Shown piece after piece: positions 37,663 through 45,881 of a stretch of 54,955 nt of DNA. The DNA is from a bacterium. Lineage in GTDB: Bacteria; Patescibacteriota; Minisyncoccia; Phycocordibacterales; UBA9973. Every line of letters begins with the position of its first letter. Position 1 is the stretch's first letter. The position numbers and the translations under genes are program-made. The stretch is from NCBI GenBank assembly GCA_037143195.1, contig JBAWZD010000004.1:1-54955 (forward strand). The letters are read 5' to 3'. The notes below the pieces were generated by a model that was not told the DNA's origin, did no database searches, and saw nothing but the letters and a program-made list of their open reading frames with translations.

Positions 37663-38538
37663 ATGGAATCTACCCGCACATTTTTAAAGCAGTTTTTTCT
37701 TATTATTGTACTCGTCCTCGCTACGTATTTTGTTGTCACACGATTTTATCATGTCGGTCTCTTTGAGAAGGTGGCGATTCAGCCTCTTCCCGTTACACAG
37801 ACTTCTGCCCCGAATAACGAACCGAATGTGAGCGGTGTTTCTGCCTTAAAAACGATTAATGCAAACGGAAACAACTGTGATGTCTTGTTTACTGTCGAAA
37901 ACCCATTTGTGAAAGGAGAGTATGCGCTTGCTACCGGGAAAGGATGTGCAAACAAGAATCAAATGTATTCGTTGTTCATTCAGGATGGCGCGACTGTGAA
38001 GCCGATCCTTGAATCATATGGATATAATTCACAATTGTATCCATATCCAACGAACAATCAAAAAGAGCTTATGGTGTTCCTTGATGCAGACACACTTCTT
38101 TATAGTAACGTCGACGGTGAAGGGGACGGGTGTCAATCGGGCGCGAGGGTAAATTATAATACGTACAATTTGAGCACTCGTGTCGCGAAAACTGTCGCGA
38201 CGGGCTCGATTAGTTCGTCGTGCCACGATCCAAAAGCTGACAGTGAGCTTGTTACGAACGTCTGTTACGACACGAGTGAGCAGTACCGTTTTGGAAATGA
38301 CTCAATCGTTTTCTCTGTCACGTGTGCTGGACCGACCGAAAACGGAGATCCAAAAATAGTGGCGCTTTCGTTTAATGGCAAACAGGTGACTGCTCGCTCT
38401 ATACTCAAACCTGACTACTATACATTCTCAGGTATTACAACAACAATAGCCTTGCTTCAGGGCGATCACCTCGTCACATTCCTTTTTGGTGATACGCTGT
38501 ACGTTCTTGATCCCAATACTGGAAAACTTATGCAATAA
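37663..38538 (+). CDS. Hypothetical membrane-anchored or secreted beta-rich protein
   Basis: N-terminal TM segment and a Cys-containing extracellular region. Confidence 0.75.
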   Translation: MESTRTFLKQFFLIIVLVLATYFVVTRFYHVGLFEKVAIQPLPVTQTSAPNNEPNVSGVSALKTINANGNNCDVLFTVENPFVKGEYALATGKGCANKNQMYSLFIQDGATVKPILESYGYNSQLYPYPTNNQKELMVFLDADTLLYSNVDGEGDGCQSGARVNYNTYNLSTRVAKTVATGSISSSCHDPKADSELVTNVCYDTSEQYRFGNDSIVFSVTCAGPTENGDPKIVALSFNGKQVTARSILKPDYYTFSGITTTIALLQGDHLVTFLFGDTLYVLDPNTGKLMQ

Positions 38539-38559
38539 AAATGAAACGAGGTCGCGAAT

Positions 38560-39582
38560 TTAGTAGGCCTTCGCCTCTTTAAGCGACTGACTCATCGCAA
38601 TCAAAATGCGGTATGGATCACCATTTGATCCAGGACGGCGGTCTTCGAGATATCCTTTGCCGTCTTTTTCGGTCGAGAGTGGAATGCGAATCGACGCGCC
38701 ACGGTCCGCCACACCATATGAGAATGTATGGATAGACTGTGTCTCGTGTTTGCCCGTCAAACGGAGATGGTTGTCCGATCCATAATGCTCCATGTGCATT
38801 TTTCGGTTCTTATCAAACGTCGCATAGATACGATTGAACAAATCTTTGCCTCCTGTCTCTCGCATTTTCTTGGTTGAGAAATTCGTATGGAGTCCTGAGC
38901 CGTTCCAATCTCCTTTGGTAAGTGGCTTTGGATGCAGATTGACCGAGACACCGTACGCTTCCGCGATGCGAATGAGCATGTAGCGGGTGAGCCAGAGATA
39001 GTCAGCGGTCGCGAGTGTGCCCATGCCAAAGAGCTGATATTCCCATTGTCCGAGCAAGACCTCGGCGTTTGTTCCCGTGAGTGTGATACCCGCTTGGAGA
39101 CAGAGTTCGGTGTGCTCTTCCATGATTTCTCGACCGACAACATTGTCTGCACCGAGACCACAATAGTATTCGCCTTGAGGCTGCGGGAATTTCTTTGGGT
39201 CAGAAGGGAAGCCGAGCGGACGTCCATTTTTCGCGAGCACATATTCTTGTTCAAAACCAAACCAGTTGTCTTTGTTGTCGTATTGTTCGAGTTGTGCGCG
39301 ATAGTTTGAAATGTGCGGTGTCTGGTCCGGATTCAAAACTTCACACAAAACTAAAAAAGTCCGCTCCCTCGCAGGATCCGGAATCATACGCACAGGGCGG
39401 AGTAAGCAGTCGGAGAAGTGTCCTTTTGCTTGGCGGGTAGAGCTACCATCAAAAGACCAGATGGGGAGTTCTTTGAGAGTTTTCTCTCCTTCGAGGATTT
39501 TGTCCTTACCCCTAAGGTTGGGCTCGGGAGTGTACCCGTCGAGCCAGATATACGTATAGATGAATGCAGGCTGTTTGCTCAT
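38560..39582 (-). CDS. glnII: Glutamine synthetase type II (eukaryote-like GSII)
   Basis: 340 aa, with WSFDGSST, GFEQEY, GQWEYQ, DWNGSGLHTNFST, RLTGKHET, ADRGASIRIP and YLEDRRP motifs. Confidence 0.93.
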   Translation of the reverse strand: MSKQPAFIYTYIWLDGYTPEPNLRGKDKILEGEKTLKELPIWSFDGSSTRQAKGHFSDCLLRPVRMIPDPARERTFLVLCEVLNPDQTPHISNYRAQLEQYDNKDNWFGFEQEYVLAKNGRPLGFPSDPKKFPQPQGEYYCGLGADNVVGREIMEEHTELCLQAGITLTGTNAEVLLGQWEYQLFGMGTLATADYLWLTRYMLIRIAEAYGVSVNLHPKPLTKGDWNGSGLHTNFSTKKMRETGGKDLFNRIYATFDKNRKMHMEHYGSDNHLRLTGKHETQSIHTFSYGVADRGASIRIPLSTEKDGKGYLEDRRPGSNGDPYRILIAMSQSLKEAKAY

Positions 39583-39598
39583 GGTGTCTTACTTCGTA

Positions 39599-39633
39599 AA
39601 AAATAAAAAACGAAATTCTCCGACAGAATTTCG
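39599..39633 (-). terminator. Terminator-like hairpin 16 nt upstream of the glnII start
   Basis: On the minus strand: CGAAATTCT-GTCGG-AGAATTTCG-TTTTTTATTTTT. Confidence 0.6.
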
Positions 39634-39682
39634 CATGAGAAAGGGCTGTTTCCTAAGTATAGAAAATATGTGCCAAGGTAGT

Positions 39683-39768
39683 CAACTCAAAACACAAAAT
39701 GTGTGCAAAAAAAACAGGGAGGAATGGGTCGACCCTGTTTTTTTGCACACATTTTGTGTTTTGAGTTG
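39683..39768. repeat. Long inverted repeat (36/37-bp arms)
   Basis: CAACTCAAAACACAAAATGTGTGC-A8-CAGGG and its complement with T7, around a 13-nt loop. Confidence 0.9.
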
Positions 39769-39773
39769 TCCGT

Positions 39774-40355
39774 CTATGCTCGTTCGACGTATTCGTTGGT
39801 GACAGTGTTGACTACAATCTTGTCTCCGACATCTACGAAGAGAGGACAGTTGATTGTCGCACCGTTTTCGAGGACGACTTGCTTTGAGCCACCAGTACGA
39901 GTGTCTCCTTTGATTGCTGGAGGAGCTTCTTTGACGGTAAAGGTCATTTTGACAGGAAGCGAGACACCGATTGTCTCTTCTTCGTCGTCATCGTTGGTCC
40001 AAACGAGGGCTGTGACCATTTCGTTTGGATTGAGGAATTTTACCTTGTCCCCAAGGAGGGCCGAATCCATCTTGAAGCGATCAGAAGGGTCTTTTGGATC
40101 TGCAAACCAGTATTCACCCTTGTTGGTGAAGAGGAATTTGACCTCGCGCTTTACGAGATCGGCCTCATCCGCACTGTCAGACACGTGGAATACTTCGTTG
40201 TATGCCTTGCCACTCTTCAAGCTACGGAGCTTCACCGCATTCTGAGGCTTGCGTTGTTGGGTGCGAGCGACGTGGTTGTCGAGAACTTCACATGGTTCAT
40301 CGTTGTGAATAATGATTTTTCCGACGCGGATTTCGTTGTATTCGAGTTTTGCCAT
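39774..40355 (-). CDS. efp: Elongation factor P with non-canonical loop
   Basis: EF-P fold motifs: KFLF...GEYWF.D, APPAIKGDT..GG.K...LENGA...PLFV..GD.I.VNT...EYVER. Confidence 0.93.
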   Translation of the reverse strand: MAKLEYNEIRVGKIIIHNDEPCEVLDNHVARTQQRKPQNAVKLRSLKSGKAYNEVFHVSDSADEADLVKREVKFLFTNKGEYWFADPKDPSDRFKMDSALLGDKVKFLNPNEMVTALVWTNDDDEEETIGVSLPVKMTFTVKEAPPAIKGDTRTGGSKQVVLENGATINCPLFVDVGDKIVVNTVTNEYVERA

Positions 40356-40429
40356 AGGGAACTACGTACTAGTTATAAGATAGTAATATTCGGATTCTAG
40401 CCGAAAAAGAGTTATTTTTCAAGCTTTAT

Positions 40430-41488
40430 CTACTCAGCCGCACTTGGCACCTGAATATCGCTGAAACGAGCACGGATTGTTTTTTCGATTTCTTTTTCAA
40501 GTTTCGCATTCTCTTTCAGGAATGTACGAGTAGCGTCATAGCCACGGCCCATTTTGACCTCTTCTTTGCCCTCTGGGGTATAGGTATATGAGCCACCAGA
40601 CGATTTTGCCACGATGCCAATCTTCTCTCCGAGTGCCATGAGTTCGCCTTCGTAGGAGATGCCTTCGCCATAGATGATGTCGAATTCTGTCTGCTTGAAT
40701 GGAGCGGCGACTTTGTTCTTGACGACTTTGACGCGTGTGCGACCTCCGACGACTTCTTCGCCCTTTTTGATCTGGGCGATGCGACGAATATCGAGACGGA
40801 CAGAGGTATAGAACTTGAGCGCCTTACCTCCTGGAGTTGTTTCAGGGTTGCCGAACATCACGCCGATCTGCATACGGATTTGGTTGATGAAGATGACGAC
40901 GGTGTTTGACTTGGAAACGATTGCCGTGAGCTTGCGGAGCGCTTGAGACATGAGGCGAGCTTGTTTGCCCACGTGTTGTGCGCCCATATCGCCTTCGATT
41001 TCATCTTTTGGAGTGAGCGCTGCGACTGAGTCGATGACGACGACAGCTATCTTGCCCGAACGTACGAGCGACTCACAGATCTCAAGACCTTGTTCTCCGG
41101 TATCAGGTTGCGCGATGAGCAACTCGTTGATATTCACGCCGAGATTCTTTGCATAGACGGGGTCCATTGCGTGTTCGGCATCAATATATGCACAGACTCC
41201 GCCCTTTTTCTGCGCTTCTGCCACGATGTGGAGCGCGAGTGTGGTCTTTCCCGATGATTCTGGTCCAAAGACTTCGATGATACGTCCGCGAGGAATACCA
41301 CCGACGCCGAGTGCCATGTCGAGACCCATACTGCCACTTGGAATGACATCAATATCTACTTTTGGAGCGTCTCCAAGCTTCATGATTGAACCTTCTCCGA
41401 ATTTCGTTTGGATGGATTTGATAGTGTCATCAATCGCCATACCGTGTTCTTTCTTTTCCTTCGGTGCTTTTTTTGTGAATCCTGCCAT
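40430..41488 (-). CDS. recA: Recombinase A
   Basis: [25 protein letters not shown] and KNKVAAPF motifs; no intein visible. Confidence 0.99.
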   Translation of the reverse strand: MAGFTKKAPKEKKEHGMAIDDTIKSIQTKFGEGSIMKLGDAPKVDIDVIPSGSMGLDMALGVGGIPRGRIIEVFGPESSGKTTLALHIVAEAQKKGGVCAYIDAEHAMDPVYAKNLGVNINELLIAQPDTGEQGLEICESLVRSGKIAVVVIDSVAALTPKDEIEGDMGAQHVGKQARLMSQALRKLTAIVSKSNTVVIFINQIRMQIGVMFGNPETTPGGKALKFYTSVRLDIRRIAQIKKGEEVVGGRTRVKVVKNKVAAPFKQTEFDIIYGEGISYEGELMALGEKIGIVAKSSGGSYTYTPEGKEEVKMGRGYDATRTFLKENAKLEKEIEKTIRARFSDIQVPSAAE

Positions 41489-41511
41489 AAAAATAAAAAC
41501 TAATGAATAAA

Positions 41512-41877
41512 CTACGATGATTGTTGTTTGTAATACACGCGATACTCGTCCGTAATGATTCGTCCAAACTTATCAGTGACTCGAATCAAAATGACATTGT
41601 ATCCTTCTGCCAGAATCAGTGAGTCGTGCCATGTACCTGTCTCAGAAAGGGGGATGACTTGGTTATCGATACGGATTTCGTTTGCATGATGCGCCTCACC
41701 TTTGAGCTCAAGGATTGGACTTGTCACAGTCATTCCATCCGTCACGCCAGTAATGGTCAAACGTATTCCGAACAAAAGGTCTCGACTGCGGAATACTGCA
41801 TACCCAACGACGATGACAAACAAAAGAATGATGCTCAGCCACCGTACTATTTTTTTTGCATTGAATCCTCTGGTCAT
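41512..41877 (-). CDS. Small membrane-anchored Ig-like protein
   Basis: N-terminal TM followed by L.EGYN.I.I.V.DKFG pattern. Confidence 0.75.
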   Translation of the reverse strand: MTRGFNAKKIVRWLSIILLFVIVVGYAVFRSRDLLFGIRLTITGVTDGMTVTSPILELKGEAHHANEIRIDNQVIPLSETGTWHDSLILAEGYNVILIRVTDKFGRIITDEYRVYYKQQSS

Positions 41878-41899
41878 TTGAGAGCGGTAGAGGAGCACG

Positions 41900-44134
41900 T
41901 TATTCTCCGTCGGGATGAGCCGTTGGAACATCCATCATCCCGTCGCCGGGTCTGATAAGCACATCACGAGGTTTCGCACCTGATCCAGGACCAATGACTC
42001 CGCGGTCTTCGAGCATATCGACAAGACGTGCGGCGCGAGCATAGCCCACTCCGAGTTTGCGTTGCAAGAATGAGGTTGATGCTTTTCCTGCTTCAATGAC
42101 CGTCGTGCGGGCGTCCTCATACAGATCGTCATCATCACCCGTATCTTCAAGAGAAGCATCGAAGATTGTTTTGTCGGGAGAGACGGAACCTGCGAGCACA
42201 ATTTCATCCGCACCGTCTGATTCGTTGTGCTCTATTATCCATTGTACCACCGATTTCAATTCACCTTCAGAAACGAAGGCACTTTGGATACGTTCTGGTT
42301 GAGGCATATCGCCTGCGGCATAGAGCATGTCTCCGGCTCCAAGGAGTTTCTCGGCACCTGCTGAGTCAAGGATGGTACGAGAGTCGATTTGGGAAGCCAC
42401 TTGTAGGGCGACACGAGAAGGCACGTTCGCTTTGATGAGACCGGTAATGACGTTGACCGAAGGACGCTGAGTTGAAAGGAGGAGGTGAATACCAACGGCA
42501 CGGGACATTTGGGCGAGACGGACGATGGCTGCTTCGAGTTCACGTGGGTAGCTTTGCATGATATCGGCCAATTCGTCGATGATGATGACTATATATGGCA
42601 TTGGATCCAGCGGACTGTCTTCGTTGTTGCGCTTTTTGTCTGTCAGCACGGTCTTGTGGTAGCTATCAATGTCTCGCACAGATTCCTTTTCGAGGATGTC
42701 GTAGCGACGATCCATTTCCTTGGCTGCCCACTTGAGTGCGAGGATGGCTTTCTTGGCATCAGTAATGACGGGCGTGAGAAGGTGCGGAATACTCTTATAG
42801 AGCGTCAACTCCACGCGCTTTGGGTCAATCATGATGAAGCGGAGGTCATCCGGTCCGTTGCGGTAGAGGAGTGAGGCAATGATTGAGTGAATGGTGACAG
42901 ACTTTCCAGATCCAGTTGCTCCGGCGACGAGCACGTGTGGCATCTTGGCCATGTTTGCGAAGTGAGCGGACCCGTTGATTCCACGGCCGAGTGCGACCAT
43001 GAGTGGCTTGTCTGACTTCGAGAATTTTTCGTCCGTGAGGAGGGATGCGAGACCGACGGTTGATTTGCCCTTGTTTGGGATTTCGATACCGACGAGCGAC
43101 TTGCCAGGGATCGGTGCTTCGATACGGATTGGGTGCGCGGCGAGGGCGAGCGAGAGATCGTTTTGGAGTCCGACGATGCGGGCAAGTTTGACTCCTTCAG
43201 CTGGCTTGAGTGCGTAACGAGTGACTGATGGTCCGATCGTGACTTCATCCATTTCGACTTCGATACCGAAGTTTGAAAGTGCACGTTTGATGATGTTGGC
43301 ATTTGCTTTCACGTCACCAACATTTGGTTTACCGCTATCCTTTTTGAGCAAGTCGATTGGTGGTGGAACGTACGAAGAATGTTTCTTCGGAGTCTTCTTT
43401 TTGGTGAGTGGTTCGATCTCTTCGATTTCCAATTCTTCGGCAACGAATTCTTCGACTTCTGGTTCAGGTTCTGGTTTTTGTTTGAGTGCCGGTTCGTTGT
43501 TTTCTGATGGATCGTTGACCACGAGTTCTCGTGATGCTCGGCGCATCTTTTCGCGATCAGCCCACCACTTTTCGGCACGCTTGATGAGGTTGTTCGCGAT
43601 GGTCAAAGTTGGGCGAGTATCAAACAAGATGACGAGTGAGATGATGAGCAACGCACCCAAGAAAATGATCGCACCGAGTGTGTCGAATGGTCCCAAAAAA
43701 ATGTAGCCAAAGAATTTTCCGATGACTCCAGCGGAGTGAGCATACTGACTCGCGACATCGATGAGTCCGAGCGTGCCGGTGAGAAATAAAATGGAGCCGA
43801 GTGCTTGCACGAATCTGATTTCAGGACGACCGCTTCGGATGAATGTGACACCGAGAATACTAAAGAAAAGGGGAGCGAGAATATAGCCGACACCGAGAAG
43901 ATACACGAGTGCTTCGCGGGTTGAATGTCCGACCACTCCACCTGCTCCAAAACCAGCGATCACAAAGAAGATTGCGATCGCAATAAATGTCACACCAAGG
44001 ACTGTTTGGCGGGTCTCAGGTTTGAGTCGTTTTTTGTCATTTTTGGATGCTCGTTTTGTCGAAGATTTTCGCTTCGGTTTGTCATCTTCTTCGACGTCTT
44101 CCTCGTCTTCAATTTCTTCGTTTTTTCGTGCCAT
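41900..44134 (-). CDS. ftsK: DNA translocase FtsK
   Basis: N-terminal TMs, GPSVTRY, PHVLVAGATGSGKS, IDELAD, TQRPS and a gamma domain (LQRKLGVGYARAA). Start MARKN at 44134 is preferred. Confidence 0.97.
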   Translation of the reverse strand: MARKNEEIEDEEDVEEDDKPKRKSSTKRASKNDKKRLKPETRQTVLGVTFIAIAIFFVIAGFGAGGVVGHSTREALVYLLGVGYILAPLFFSILGVTFIRSGRPEIRFVQALGSILFLTGTLGLIDVASQYAHSAGVIGKFFGYIFLGPFDTLGAIIFLGALLIISLVILFDTRPTLTIANNLIKRAEKWWADREKMRRASRELVVNDPSENNEPALKQKPEPEPEVEEFVAEELEIEEIEPLTKKKTPKKHSSYVPPPIDLLKKDSGKPNVGDVKANANIIKRALSNFGIEVEMDEVTIGPSVTRYALKPAEGVKLARIVGLQNDLSLALAAHPIRIEAPIPGKSLVGIEIPNKGKSTVGLASLLTDEKFSKSDKPLMVALGRGINGSAHFANMAKMPHVLVAGATGSGKSVTIHSIIASLLYRNGPDDLRFIMIDPKRVELTLYKSIPHLLTPVITDAKKAILALKWAAKEMDRRYDILEKESVRDIDSYHKTVLTDKKRNNEDSPLDPMPYIVIIIDELADIMQSYPRELEAAIVRLAQMSRAVGIHLLLSTQRPSVNVITGLIKANVPSRVALQVASQIDSRTILDSAGAEKLLGAGDMLYAAGDMPQPERIQSAFVSEGELKSVVQWIIEHNESDGADEIVLAGSVSPDKTIFDASLEDTGDDDDLYEDARTTVIEAGKASTSFLQRKLGVGYARAARLVDMLEDRGVIGPGSGAKPRDVLIRPGDGMMDVPTAHPDGE

Positions 44135-44373
44135 AGGTGAGCCCATTTTATCATACAAATCGGTTATCCCCAGATACATTTTTTGAATCATTTTTGGGGT
44201 GGGAAAAAGAGAAGGGAAGCATGATTCGGATGGTCCGTGAGTGAAAGGGAAAGTAAAGGCCACGACAAGGACAGAACTCGAGAATTCAAAAGGTCTTGCA
44301 AAAGAAAATCCGTAGCGTATACTGGTGTCCGTTAACGAGAAAAAAACTCGAAAAAATTGTCAAAACAAAAAAC

Positions 44374-45195
44374 ATGGAACAAAAAGACACACAAACCAAT
44401 ACGGATGCTTCTAAAGGACAAAGCTATACACAGCAAGCCCAAAATGACTTCTACCACAAGCATTTGGCAGTGTCCGTTATCGCCAAAAAGACAGAGAAGA
44501 TTACGACGGCGATATATATGGTCACGGACTTCATTCATGAATCAGAGCCACTTCGATCTCAGTTACGGACTCTCGGTCTTGCGCTTGTATCTGGCACACG
44601 CAGAATCGGTGCTCGTTCGACTGAACCACACTACGCACTTGCCGACGAAGTCGTCCGAACTGCTGATGAAATTATTGTGTTCGTGAACCTCGCATCTACC
44701 ATTGGTTTGATCTCAGAAATGAACGGCAAAATTTTGATCAGTGAACTTGAAAAAGTGAAGGCCGAAATCGATCGTCATTATGGTGGCAAGACTGTCCTTT
44801 TCTCAACACATCCAGGCTACGCAAACATCCTCCTTTCGAGCTCAATGTTTGAAGTTGAACCAGCCGAAAAATTGCTTGAAAATTTTGATAAAGGACAATC
44901 TAGTTTTAACGGACAGAATTCAATCAATACAGCACAGGCACCTAGAAAAATTGAATCATCAGAAAGGACAGAAATCGTTCCAAAGAAATCGGACATCGGA
45001 ATGAAAATCGCACGCCGAAATGATGTCCTTAATGTTGTCAGAAGTAAGGGTCGCGTATCGATCAAAGACATCACATCACTGCTCAAAGAGTTGAGCGACA
45101 AGACTATTCAACGTGAGCTTCTCGGACTCGTCAAAGAAGGTGTCCTCATCAAAGAAGGAGAGAAGCGCTGGAGTATGTATCGAGTAGCGTCATAG
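44374..45195 (+). CDS. Four-helix-bundle-like N-domain fused to a C-terminal DeoR-type winged HTH
   Basis: C-terminal VSIKDI...SDKTIQREL..LV.EG...KEGEKRW..Y; the N-terminus resembles the IVS/bAvd-type helical bundle pattern. Confidence 0.8.
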   Translation: MEQKDTQTNTDASKGQSYTQQAQNDFYHKHLAVSVIAKKTEKITTAIYMVTDFIHESEPLRSQLRTLGLALVSGTRRIGARSTEPHYALADEVVRTADEIIVFVNLASTIGLISEMNGKILISELEKVKAEIDRHYGGKTVLFSTHPGYANILLSSSMFEVEPAEKLLENFDKGQSSFNGQNSINTAQAPRKIESSERTEIVPKKSDIGMKIARRNDVLNVVRSKGRVSIKDITSLLKELSDKTIQRELLGLVKEGVLIKEGEKRWSMYRVAS

Positions 45196-45242
45196 CTCGC
45201 ACGAGATTGATTTTTTAGTCAAAATATGAGATAGTAGCTATC

Positions 45243-45306
45243 TAACTGCGACATTAAATAGAGGACGAGCGGAACTTTTGTTTCCCGTTCTTTATTGTCG
45301 CAGTTA
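45243..45306. repeat. 64-nt hairpin
   Basis: TAACTGCGACA/TGTCGCAGTTA outer arm, plus ATAGAGGACG/CGTTCTTTAT and GGAAC/GTTTC inner arms. Confidence 0.8.
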
Positions 45307-45312
45307 TCCACA
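45304..45312 (+). promoter_or_regulatory. DnaA box
   Basis: Exact TTATCCACA, 10 nt upstream of a -35 element. Confidence 0.6.
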
Positions 45313-45322
45313 CGATAAAATT

Positions 45323-45351
45323 TTGCCCTTATACGGGCACAATAATATAAT
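45323..45351 (+). promoter_or_regulatory. Strong sigma70-type promoter
   Basis: TTGCCC-17 nt-TATAAT. Confidence 0.8.
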
Positions 45352-45357
45352 GTGGTT

Positions 45358-45881
45358 ACGCAATATTGTCCGAGCATTCTGTGCGCGGAAGGTATTGCGT
45401 TCAAATCGGTATTTTTCGAAGTGCGGGGCGGAGGATAGGCCTCTCGTCTTTGCATCTCTCGAAGAGTACGCGCGGATGGGTCATTGAAAACAGCATAGCG
45501 TGGAACATATTGAAATGGTCCCACGTACGCGATTGTATTTTGCGAAGCGAGAATTAGAAATAATTCAAACTTTACTTTGTACAGCGCGACTGAATTCAGT
45601 GTCACACTCGCAAAGACTTCTTGGGGAGTGCGATGACGAAACGAGATCACGAAATATTCTTCGTCTCTCATTACAGTCTCGCAAAACTCGGAAGATGCCA
45701 TGTCGACACGGCAGCCGTCTCAACCTCGCACAGTGATGTGTTTGGGGAAGAGACAAAAATGTTTGACGATTAAAAACGTCAAACATATAAAGGTGCACAC
45801 ACAATCAGCATCAAGTATTCGCGCAAGCGGTACTCGAGTCGAGCCGATTATTAAGTGCATTTATTTTATAAACATTCTTCT
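45358..45881 (+). ncRNA. Putative ~520-nt structured 5' leader or ncRNA
   Basis: At least nine consecutive stem-loops, G-U wobbles and two GNRA tetraloops; no convincing ORF. Confidence 0.65.

Noticed and set aside
45219-45701. 160-aa minus-strand ORF in the S-layer upstream region
   Set aside because: It has no motifs or typical codon usage and overlaps a consensus plus-strand promoter and many RNA helices. An RNA explanation fits better, though translation is not formally excluded.
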